Origin: Eukaryota sp. GEM-RC1
Lineage: Eukaryota
Assembly (NCBI GenBank): GCA_040285855.1
Contig: JAUFOQ010000017.1
Coordinates: forward strand, 1,550,001-1,614,000
DNA length: 64,000 bases
Direction: 5' to 3'
This document shows positions 1 to 11,304 of this stretch, one piece after another (positions within the stretch are counted from its first letter, which is position 1; the number at the start of each line of letters is the position of its first letter). Below the pieces are notes generated by a model. It saw only the letters and a list, made by a program, of their open reading frames with translations, did not search any database and was not told the origin of the DNA. The position numbers were made by a program, and so were the translations under genes.

Positions 1-330
1 AAGATAACTAACAAAATTTGTGCGCAATGAATTAAAGCTGCGAGATAATTCGAGAGTTAGTTCAGGCGGTAAACCACGTAAAAAGTGATTAATTTTACCA
101 CCAAAACAAACTTGCAGCATAGCAAAAGAAACTTGTTTGCCTACATCTAGATCAACGATTTGGTTAAGCTGCTGAAAGATACAATTATTCTTATGTGATA
201 AAGTCTCCTTAATTTTGTCATCATTACCAATATAATTGCCCAAAAACTTGACACATTCATCTGAATAATTGGCAAACGGAATGGAAGATTCCCCAAAATT
301 CAAATCAACTGAAGAACGTCCAATGACAAG
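1..330 (-). mobile_element. Fragment of CRE-like non-LTR retrotransposon family A (RT thumb region)
   Basis: Near-identical to 11308-11637 and to the reverse complement of about 15570-15898. Confidence 0.85.
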
Positions 331-475
331 AAAAACAACGAAGCGTTGATCAAATTACCTTTTGACGTTTGGTCTCACTGTTTCTCAGAATCTGTGTCTA
401 AAATACCTGAAAGATGTTGGACTAATCTTCAGTTTTGTCTGAAAAAATTGCAGCAGAAACTAACAAATATTTTTA

Positions 476-1590
476 GGGGCCGTGTAAATCCACCATGTAA
501 ATCCACCATTTGATGGAAAAGTTCAGAATAAATTGATTAATCTTCTTCTTTCTGACCTTCGGACTGCTGAGCATCATTACAACAACAGACCACACTGCAC
601 ATCTTCTACAGATGGATCTTCCCCAGTTCTCCAGTTCTCAACGTGAAGATCTTATGTCTCACTTGCTGCAACAATCTTTTGACATCGGTTACTCTCTTGT
701 TGTCAACAAGTCCAATCACAACAAGAACTTTAAGCTTGTTTGTGAATCTTTTGGGACCTATCGGTGCAGAAAGGAAGTCGCTCCTAATGTTTAAAATACG
801 CCATTGAATGTTTGTTACAGTATCATGAGAAATTGTTTCAGGAAGAAGATACTGATAGACCAAACTTTATAGAAGAAAACGAAGATAAGGTGAGAGCTAA
901 AGGACTTCCATCTCTCAGTAAACTGCTCAACCATGATCAACTAACTAGAGAAGACTTTCATCCACAGTGGCAACTTTGCAGAACTGCAAATGACGAATAT
1001 TTAGAAAGAGTTCAACATGTCCAACAGCCAAGAACGTCCATGTACGAAGTCATGGGTGATTTAATCCAACTTACGCAGGAGCAAAAGGATTATGCAGTAG
1101 GAAAGATCAGAGCAACGTTGCAAACAGCAGCAACGTTTTCTCTCCCACCACTTCCTGCAGAAACAAGAAAGAGGAAAGGCAGACCTTTAGGCAGCAGAAA
1201 CAAAAGAACATCTACTCAAAGAGACCCCAGTTCTTTTGAAATTGCTACTCAACAAGCGAGCAATCGTAGAAAGTGTGGTGTGTGTGGTCGACCAGGACAT
1301 AACCGAACAACATGTGAAGAGAGATAGCTTCTGTTTTATTTTGTACGTAGAGTACTTTCATTGTAATAAAGGAAGCAAAAATGTGCTGGATATAGTAGGT
1401 ATAGGGAGTATCGATGGAAGAAAGATATAGGTTAGGTGAAGATGTGCAACTGGGATGCTAACTAAGGTTCGTGTCCAATATAGGCTGTGTATGAAGAGGT
1501 CAAAAGTGGACCAGAAAGAAGAAGACCAATCAATTTATTCTGAACTTTTCCATCAAATGGTGGATTTACATGGTGGATTTACACGGCCCC
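476..1590 (+). mobile_element. Non-autonomous (internally deleted) Mutator-like DNA transposon
   Basis: About 79-bp TIRs starting GGGGCCGTGTAAATCCACCATG (476-555 / 1512-1590, 2 mismatches). Perfect 8-bp TSD TATTTTTA (468-475 / 1591-1598). Internal ORF has MULE C-terminal hallmarks (DFHPQW, KGRP..STQRDPSSFE, CGVCGRPGHNRTTC) but no DDE core. Confidence 0.85.
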
Positions 1591-1669
1591 TATTTTTATT
1601 CTAGATGTAGTGGACTAAACAACTAAAATTTATCATTAAAACAACACTGGTCGCTATCAAATCTTACAA

Positions 1670-2380
1670 CAATCGTCGAGGTACCTCAGAACAAATGTTA
1701 ATGACTGCCTTTAAATGATCGTAACTTAGACCAGACGGTCCAGCTGCACGACCCGAAGGCAGACTTCTAATACAACCAAGAATTTCACTAGCAGTGATGG
1801 GATTAGTTGTATAGTAATCAACTTCTGCAGATGAAACACAATAATTGATAACAAAATCTTCATGAGGAAGAAGTTTCTCCAAAGCAGACAAAGTAGCATC
1901 ATTGAATGCAGCAGGTGAAGACTCTTCTAACACACCAAGAGCAGAAGAGTATTGAGATCGTAGAGCAAGAGATTCAAAACGCAAATGTAAAAGAACGAAC
2001 AGAAAAGGCAAGGGAAGAATAATGAGCAGGAGAGACAAACGTAGGAATACGGAAAGGTGGTCTACAAGGATCTTTAGGGAAACAAGAATCACAGACCAGA
2101 AGGGGTCTCCCAGCGACGTTGAAACCACAAATAGGAGAAGCACAAAACAGGCAAACCTTGGAAATAACATCAACAGAAGCAGATGAAAGAAGCTGAGGAC
2201 AAGATACAGAGTCAGGAGGAATAGAAGGAGCAACCAGTGTTGCTTCATCTGACAGAGCTTTACGGACCCGACAAGTTGTTTTTGTGTGCCCAATAGCCTT
2301 ACAAACAGAACAAGTAGTCACTGAACCTTTAGGGGGGACCTCTTGAAGGCTTAACAGAAGATGATGTCATAAGCAGACAT
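1670..2380 (-). mobile_element. 5' portion of a CRE-like retrotransposon (N-terminal zinc fingers and RT N-terminus)
   Basis: CSVCKAIGHTKTTC knuckle, CLFC..CDSC motif and SGRAAGPSGLSYDHLK; collinear with the N-terminus at 14099-14900. Confidence 0.8.
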
Positions 2381-2419
2381 GAAGAGAAAAAAAAGTTTTA
2401 AAGTATTGTATTTTTTATT

Positions 2420-4400
2420 GTTTTCAATTTTTGCCATTTTGAACATTGATTTTAAAAATGCATTTAATTGTGTTTTAAGATCAACTATATATGACGAACT
2501 TTCTAAATTTTTTCCTCAGTTGATTCCCTATTTTAATATTTTTTATGGTAAAGCGTCGAATTTAATTTATGACAAGTTTGATATTAAATCAACTAGAGGG
2601 GTTAAGCAAGGTGATCCTTTGGGTCCTTTTTTGTTTTGTCTCGCTCTGCAAAAATTATTTAAAATCTTACAATTAGAATTTCCAACTGTTAAAATTTGTG
2701 CTTATGCTGATGATTCTTCGCTGATCGCTCCAGTTGACGTTCTCAAAAAGTGTTTTTCACGTTTCATTGAACTTTCTTTGAGTATTGGTTTAACAATCAA
2801 TTTTGATAAGTGTTTTCTTGTTGTTAAGTCTTCAAATGTTTCTAATCTTGGTTTTTGTAATATTCCTATCATCGATTATTCTACTCAATGTTTTCGTTTC
2901 CTTGGCACGTTTTTGGGAAATTACGAGAAAATTCATTCAGAATTGGAGAGTTCATTAATTACAATTGAAGAAAAACTAAATCAAATATTATCTTTAGATG
3001 TGAGCAAACATGTTTCCTTTGCTATGCTTCAGGTCTGTTTTTCCGGAAAAATACATCATTTTTTACGTTCATTAGACTATTCCCTTACTGAAACATTTGC
3101 CAAGAAATTTAATTCTATTAGAACAAATTTTCTCTCTAACTTGGCTGAAATTGATGAGTCTAAGATTCCATTTCATGCTTTTTATTCTTCTGAATTCGCA
3201 GGAGTAGGTTTCACCCATGCAAAAATCATTAGAAAATCTGCTCTTTTAGGAGGTGTTAAGAATTTTATGTTTGAATTTTTGAAACGGTTTCCCTTGGATG
3301 GAATCAATCTGTTGAATTCCAGTAATTGCCGTTGGATTCAATCTGCTACAGATTTGGTATCATCTTTGTCTCCTGAAATGTGGGAATCTTTGTTCCCTGC
3401 TCATTTGAAGGAGACTCCTTTAAAAATGTTTCATCTCTACCATCTGCTGTATGTAAGCTGCAAAATAAATTGACAAGGAGTTTGAACTCTTGGACTTTAA
3501 TAATCGTATTAGCTTGGCTAAAACTAATAGTCCCGAGTTCGCTGCTTTTTTGATCTATCTTTGTAATAGTGGACCTTCTGGATTTATTTCTCAAATTCCA
3601 AAGGTGTATGGATTACATCTATCTGATGAAGCTTGGATGATCAATATGCGTCTTCGTTTGGCTATTTGGCCTGCAAATTTATTAAACTATTCAACGTGCT
3701 CTTGTGGAGCTAATGGTGTTTTTCGTCATTTAATTAATTGTCGTTATTTTATTCATCTCCGTGCAGTAATTCATGATGGTGTACGTGATTCTTGTTATTC
3801 CATGTTTAAAGCACATGGTTTTCACTCTAAAGTTGAACCAGTTTTGAATCATCTTTCAGAAAATGAATTTACTGATCAAAAAGAGGGGATCTACATACTC
3901 CGTGGCTTAAATCGAGTCAATCATTAATGGATTTTACTACAGTAGATGTATGTAACAAATCTTGTGTTAGTAGGATATTAGATTCTTCTTTTAATCCATT
4001 AACAGCAGCTGAAAAGCTGAAACACTCCAAGTATGACTCTCAAGTAGAAGAATTAAATAGAAACTCATATTCCAAATTTGTGTTTCAACCTTTTGCTGTT
4101 TCTCTTTTTGGATCTGTTAGTCCTGCTGGTGATCAATTTTTCAAGGATTTCGAAGAATTGTGTAAAAACAAGAAGCGTAAGTTTAGAATGGCTGAATGGA
4201 AAAACCGTGTAGTGTTTTCCATATATCGGAATATGCCTTTCTATTTTTTTTAGATTAATTGAGAAATTGTACAAGTTTTGTGCGAAGGTTAATGTTGATA
4301 AACGTAATCTTTTACCGGGTGGTGATGAAGTAGTTTGGATTTAATCTTAGTATGTTTGTTTTTACAATTTCATAGTTTTGTAGGAACGTTACCCTATTGG
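2420..4400 (+). mobile_element. 5'-truncated CRE-like retrotransposon family C (RT + RLE endonuclease)
   Basis: IDFKNAFN, GVKQGDPLGP, AYADD, CSCG..HLINC, HDGVRD, DFTTVD, AEKLKHSKY and FQPFAVSLFG across ORFs 2379-3473, 3490-3927 and 3927-4253. Confidence 0.9.
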
Positions 4401-5932
4401 GCGAATTCAATTTGAGTATCGACTCTTGGCAGCAGAACAGTACTAACCTTCACTATCTTGGTGTATTCGCTTCCGCTATCAATTCAGAAACTCTATATCT
4501 TTTATCCCTGATTCCGTTTGAGATTCCCGAAGGTGTTGACATTGAAGATCTTTCCATCACTAATACCTTATTTGGTGCTGATCAATTATAAGACTTATTG
4601 GTATAAGTACTTTTGAAGTTTGACCAAGGAATTGAAAACCTTTTGTTCATTTCCGGCGACAACTGCAATGTCAACAAGAGATTATCTGATCTCTTGAATA
4701 TACCCTTCATTGGATGTGCTGCTCACGGGTTCCAATTGGAACTGAAGCATTACATCTTCTACTTAGAGTCATACTTGATCAAATCGGATAAACTTTATGC
4801 CCACATGCACACTTCTAAGCATGCCCTCTGTTGGACTGTTACCGGAAACTCATTGTCAAGAAGAAGAAACAAGACAAGATGGACCTCATCGTTCGACATG
4901 ATTTAAGACTATGTCAAATATCATGATGATATCATAAGTTTGGTCCCGCAAATACTGAATTGATGCTTTCTTTATACGAATTCAACACTCTAAAGTCACT
5001 TTTGGTAGAAAAGGAAAATGGTTTCAGTGACTTGGAAATCTTGGAGAACGTAAATGCTAGTTTGCAAAGCAAGTCCTTAAATCTACAACATGTGTCTCTC
5101 TTATTTAATATGGTGCACAGTTTTTTCCATCGATGACTCAATATACTTCTTATCCAGCCGGTGTAATGTCCAGACTTTGAAATGGCAGTGCCTTCTGTGT
5201 TGAGAGGAGCTGAAGGTTCTTTGACAGGTGAACAAAGAGCTTCCCTTCAATCCTTTTGAAGCCCCCAGTTGAACACTCTCAACCTGATGAAACCAGTAAC
5301 TCTCAACGTGAAAACAACACAGCTGCTGGTAAGAATAGAAGATAGAAGGAGCTTCTCAATTCCCAACAACAGAAGGAGTCGGTGAGGAACAGCAATTATG
5401 TTGACTTGAAGTTCATTCCAGGTACTTCCGTTGAAGTTGAGCGTTCGTTTTCAAAATGAAAATGTCTCCTTGGTCTAAACAGGCAGGGCTTAGGCAGTAG
5501 GAACCTTGAGATGCAGTTGTTCCTCCACTACAACAACGAACTCTGGGATCTTGAGACGGTCAGTGAAGTGTGTAGACAACATTGGTGTCCAGAAGATGAA
5601 GAAGCGAATACTGACGAGTAAGTAGAATTGTATTGTTTATTTATATTATAAAGTTTTAAATCTTAATACAGTATAACTGTTTGAAAACAATCAAATGACT
5701 TCCAATATTTTCCAATACAATAGAAAGAAAACCTTCCTACAAAACTATGAAATTGTAAAAATAATAATAATAATAATAATAAGATTAAATCCAAACGACT
5801 TCATCACCACCCGATAAAAGATTACAAGTATGAACAATAGTATTGAATTGGTTTTCCAAACAAGCAATATAATTGTATTGATTTCCAAAAGAACAATCCA
5901 ATATATCGCCAATGCAATATTTCCAATCCCTG
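4400..5932 (+). mobile_element. Degenerate hAT-superfamily transposon with right end retained
   Basis: Fragments GDNCNVNK..IGCAAH, TRWTSSFDM, FIPGTSVEVERSFS and NLEMQLFL. CCAAT/TATTG-rich subterminal region ending ...TTCCAATCCCTG at 5932. A family C 3' fragment is inserted at about 5735-5825. Confidence 0.75.
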
Positions 5933-6143
5933 TTTATGATCAATCAGTGAAATAAATGCATTTACAGAAGTTAATAACTAACAGACACTAACTAAAGTAT
6001 CTAAACTATGATCCTTCTGTCCATGACCGAACAACTTACCTAAAATTGAATTAAAATATCTATGCATTGAACGAAACAACGCAAACGTTAACCTACTCAA
6101 CCAAAAATTTTCAATGAAAACTTTACACAATTTACCAAAAGAG
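5933..6143 (-). mobile_element. 3' fragment of retrotransposon family A
   Basis: Matches 39236-39455 and 61188-61408. Confidence 0.85.
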
Positions 6144-8095
6144 TAATTTTATGTTATAAATTAACGAAATACAAACAACTAGTACTTAAAAGATATTAAA
6201 TGATCCACATCTACTCTTGAACTACCACGATACAATTTATCCAGAATACGATTCAAATACTTTGGGAAACTTCTATATAGGGAAAAAACAATGCGATTGC
6301 GCCAAAGAGACTGATTAAAATTTTTCCTATGGTCACGGCACAACTTTGAAAAGGCATCAAAGAATTTTTCAGCAGCAAATCCAATATTACCAAGAATTGA
6401 AATAGCAAAAGGAATGAACTTAAAGGAAGAATACAAATTGGAATTCAGTTTGATCATTGTGTCAGAATATGTACTAATTTTTTCTTTTTTCAGCTTTGGA
6501 TAAATGATTTCCAGTATCACTCGAAACTGAATTCAAATATACTTTAGCACATGGATCAACGGTAGTAAAATCTATCACAGCTTGACAAGAATCAAGATAT
6601 GGAACAATGAGATCACCTCGTCGAGAATTGGTAATATTATCATCACTATAATGCTTAAGAAGAGGTTCGATTTTCCCATTAAACCCATGACATTTAAACA
6701 TTTCATACGTAACGTCACGAACAGCATTGAGTAAAATCGATCTAAACTGAAGAAATTTTTTGCAACTAACAATGTGTCTGAAGTCAGCTTTTGGTCTTTT
6801 TCACAGCAACACATAGTATTATCCAACAATTCTGATGGAAACAGACCTAAGCGAAGACGCATGTTAAGTTTCCAAGCCTCATTATTGAGATGAAGACCAT
6901 AAGGTCTAGGCTGTTGAGCAATAAACGATGAACAGTTTTTTAAATCCAAAAGAAAAGCAGCAAAAACGGGATTATTTACCTTAGTAACACTAAGACGTTT
7001 AGAAAAATCCAAGTCTTCTAAGCCATGTAAAACACAATTTTGCAATTTTACCACAGATAAATGTAGAAACTCGATTGACCTATCAGGAATAGAAGAGATT
7101 GACTTAGGAAAACACTTGTTCCAAATGTCAGCAGATAGGTTTTGAATGACAGAATCAAGAGGACGTAACCACACAGAATTCTGTGCGATTATTTGTGAAA
7201 ACACATCACTAAATCTCAAACGGAATTCGAAAAGAAAATTTTGAAACCACCAAGATATGCACTTTGACACAAATACTCCGCTCTAGAAAATCCAACACCA
7301 CCAAAAGAAGCAGAAAAGAATGCATGATAAGGAAGTTTGGTTGAATCAGTTTCAACAAGATTGCCCAAAAATTTAGTTCTAATTTCATTGAATTTTTGAG
7401 CTACTTCCCGTGAAATATCAGGAGGTATAGATCTCAAAAAATGATTAATCTTTGAACTAAAACAAACTGAAAGCATCGAAAAAGCCAAATGTTTTTCAAT
7501 TTTTAAATCTTGAATTGATTGTAATTGGGATTGAAGCTTATTCAAAGAATTATACAAACTGTCTAAAATTTTACCTCGATTACCAAAATAGGTAATCGAC
7601 TTCTAACTGTTCATAAATACTTGAACGAAAAATTGAATTAAATGCATTCTTATAATCAATATTCAACAAGTAATTAGTGTTACCCTGATTAAACAATAAA
7701 TCTGCCGAAAGTGCCGCACAAGTTGTGCCATCTGGAACTCCAATGGCAAATTGATAGGGACGAAAAAAGTCAACAGAACTTTGTTTGACTCTTCTAAAAC
7801 ATACTATCGCTAAAATACGCATTATTGATTCTCCCACTGCTATAGGACGAACACCACCACCAGGTTTTTCCAAAGCCACTAGACGAGACGCTGTTAAAGC
7901 AGAAGGTAGTTTCCTTCTTTTTAAAATGATATCATTATAAAACAAAGCAAGATCAGCCGCTATTTCTGGAATGAAATTTGCAGCAACTTTAAGATGATCA
8001 TAGCTAAGTCCAGAGGGACCTGCAGCACGGCCTGAAGGCAACGACTTGATAACCATAATCACTTCCTCTGGTTGGACAGGATTGGACATATAATA
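6144..8095 (-). mobile_element. CRE-like retrotransposon family D, truncated with internal deletion
   Basis: SGRAAGPSGLSYDHLK, GVRPIAVGE, IDYKNAFN, RRGDLIVP, DFTTVD, FIPFAISILG. Confidence 0.85.
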
Positions 8096-8099
8096 ATCT

Positions 8100-9605
8100 C
8101 CAAAGGAAGTTAAAAAACCTTGTGCAGCTGGTCCAATATTACCGTATATCGATACAGCAAAAGGTTGAAACACAAAAGAATTGTACCTGTCAACATTCAA
8201 TTGGTTAATTAACTGGCAGTACTTTGTATTTTTTCATTTTTCAGCCACTTCAAGAGCAGAAAAATCATCATCAAAAATTTTGGAAATTGATCTTGAATTA
8301 CAAGGATCAACAGTCGTGAAATCCATGATAATTTCCTGACAAGATAACCAAGGACCAATCAAATCACCACGACTTCTATCAACTTTTGGCTGATCAGAAA
8401 GATTAGCAAGTAAAGGTTCAATTTTTCCATGAAAACCATTAGCCTTAAACATCTCCAAACATGTATCCCGGATACTGTTGTGAATAATTGATCTAAAATG
8501 AATAAATTGATGACAGTTATCTAAATGGTGAAAATTGAAGCCTTTGCACGACCACAAAGACATGGAGCATGCTTCAAAAGACCTGAAGGCCATAAACCTA
8601 ACCTAAGTCTCATGTTTATACGCCATTCATAATCCTTAAGATTAACACAAAATTTTCTTGGCAAACGAGAAACAAATGAAGACGCAGAGCTTGAAGAAAT
8701 ATCATTCAAAAAAGCATAAAAAGCGGGACTCTTAGTCTTACCCAAGCTAATACGATTTTTAAAGTCCAAGCCTTCGTGAAACAAAACAAACTTCTTCTGT
8801 AATAACTTACGAACACACAAAGGCAATGAGAAAATGCTTCTCTGCTGAATTTCTGTTACCCCGACAGGAAATATAACTGACCACAAATTGGAGTCAAGAT
8901 TATCAATTAAATATTGAAGACTAATTAACCAAGGTGAGTGAAGTAAACAATGTTTTGTTTAAAGACCTCAAAAAGGCACCATCACGCATGTTCTTAGCTT
9001 TCGTGAAACCAATACCACCAAAAGAAGATTATCAATTAAATATTGAAGACTAATTAACCAAGGTGAGTGAAGTAAACAATGTTTTGTTTAAAGACCTCAA
9101 AAAGGCACCATCACGCATGTTCTTAGCTTTCGTGAAACCAATACCACTAAAAGAAGATTATCAATTAAATATTGAAGACTAATTAACCAAGGTGAGTGAA
9201 GTAAACAATGTTTTGTTTAAAGACCTCAAAAAGGCACCATCACGCATGTTCTTAGCTTTCGTGAAACCAATACCACCAAAAGAAGATTATCAATTAAATA
9301 TTGAAGACTAATTAACCAAGGTGAGTGAAGTAAACAATGTTTTGTTTAAAGACCTCAAAAAGGCACCATCACGCATGTTCTTAGCTTTCGTGAAACCAAT
9401 ACCACTAAAAGAAGATTATCAATTAAATATTGAAGACTAATTAACCAGGGTGAGTGAAGTAAACAATGTTTTGTTTAAAGACCTCAAAAAGGCACCATCA
9501 CGCATGTTCTTAGCTTTCATGAAACCAATACCACCAAAAGAAGTAGAAGTGAAACAATGAGAAGGAAGTGAAGAGTCTTTGTTACCAACCAGATAACTAA
9601 CAAAC
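8100..9605 (-). mobile_element. Family A retrotransposon fragment (RT C-terminus to RLE) containing a tandem array
   Basis: Reverse complement matches about 15885-16925. Confidence 0.85.
8898..9542. repeat. Tandem repeat, 5 x 129 bp, derived from family A coding sequence
   Basis: Units start at 8898, 9027, 9156, 9285 and 9414 (GATTATCAATTAAATATTGAAG...). Confidence 0.95.
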
Positions 9606-11300
9606 CAACCTGTCAAGCCTATGCCTTCTTTGTATTGGAAAGAAAACCCCATTAGAGTGGATGAGTTGATGAGTTGTATTTTAAAACTCCCTTCAGGAAA
9701 AGCTCCTGGACCTTCAGGTATTACGTTTGATATGCTCAAATCTATTTCACGTCAAAATTCACTTATTGTTGAAGATTTATGTCTTTTTTTCAACAATGTT
9801 TTGTTATCGAAGGTTGTTCCTCCTAAAGAGTTGTCTGCTTCTCGTTTGGTTGCACTGATTAAGCCTAACAAGAAAATCCGTCCTATTGCTGTCGGTGAAG
9901 CTATTTACCGTTTGTTTGCTTCTGTTGTCTTTGGAAGAATTTCGAACAAAGCCAAAGATTTCTTTTCACCTTATCAATATGGTATTAAAACCATTGATGG
10001 AGCTTCTGTGGCTGCCCTTTCTTCTGATGTTTTCTTCAATGCGGTTGAAAATAATTGCATTTTCAATTTGGATTTTAAGAATGCTTTTAATTCTGTTAAA
10101 CGATCTGCCATTTGTTCTGAATTGGAAAAGAGTTTTCCAGAATTAGGTTCCTTTTTCATTGTTTTTATGGTCAATCTTCTGACTTGGTTTTTAATTCATT
10201 TGTTCTTAATTCTGTTTCTGGTGTTAAACAAGGAGATCCTTTTGGTCCCTTCTTTTTTTGTTTGGCTATTCATCCAATCCTGAAAAAACTCAAAGAAGAA
10301 CATACAGACCTAGAAATTGTAGCTTATATGGATGACATTTCTTTTATTGCTCCTTTGTCAGCTCTTCGTATTATTGCGAATCAGGCTGCTGATTTGTACG
10401 ATGCAATTGGACTTCAATTAAATGTGCAAAAATGTTTTTGATTGCCAAGGTGCCTGTAACTTTAATTGTTAATACTTTAGAGGTTCTCTTTGTGAACTAT
10501 TTATCTTCAAGCTTTAGATTTCTAGGTTGCTATCTTGGTTCACATGACAACATTGTTGAAGATCTGAATGTATATTTGGATTCAATGCGAAAAGAGTTAG
10601 ATCAAATCAAATTAAGGAAATGTGCAATTGGAAAAACATCTCAAATTCTTTATGCTAAAAATTTGTTATTCAGGAAAAGTTATCTGCTTCGCTCTCTCCC
10701 CCCTGTACTTACCTATAACTTCTGTAGAAGCTTTAACAAAATTCGTACTGACTTTCTTGCATTTTTGTTATCAGTGAATCCTGCTGCTTTGAACAATCAC
10801 ATCTTCTCAGATCCTCATCTTGGTGGTATTGGTTTCACTTCGTCTAAATGGTGGACCAAATCTGCTTTCATTGGTGGTGGTAAGAATTTTGTCTTTGAGT
10901 TCTGTAGACGGTACCCAAGTCAAGAAAATCTTCTTGTTTCGACAAGTAGTTTTTTCTTGGTAAATTTGAGATCAGAATTGTCGCCAATTTCACCTGACCT
11001 CTGGCAAACTTGTTTTCCAGCAGATATTTGTGAAATACCAGAACGATGTGTCACCTCGTTAAAATTTGCTCTTAAGAAACTCCAAAAATGGTCAAAAAGA
11101 ATGAACAAGAAATTTGATTTCAAATTTTGGTTGAATCGTATTGTTTTTACAATATTTAAAACAATTCCTATCATTATTTCAAAAGCTCTATTAGCTCTCA
11201 GTGTTTTTTATGAAGAAAAAGCTGATGTGAGTTTTAATGGCAATGATTGTTGCTTTAATGATATTGAATTCTAGTATTTGTGTTAATTTTAGTGTTTTTA
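9606..11300 (+). mobile_element. CRE-like retrotransposon, family B-related (YMDD type), internally deleted
   Basis: SGKAPGPSGITFD, KIRPIAVGE, LDFKNAFN, GVKQGDP, AYMDD; C-terminus CCFNDIEF. Confidence 0.9.
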
Positions 11301-11304
11301 TTCC

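Noticed and set aside
5760..5782. (TAA)n microsatellite as a retrotransposon tail
   Set aside because: It lies inside the 3' UTR of an inverted family C fragment, replacing a short segment, and is not at the element terminus.
8898..9542. CRISPR-like array
   Set aside because: Units are contiguous and near-identical with no unique spacers, derive from RT coding sequence, and lie in a eukaryotic context.
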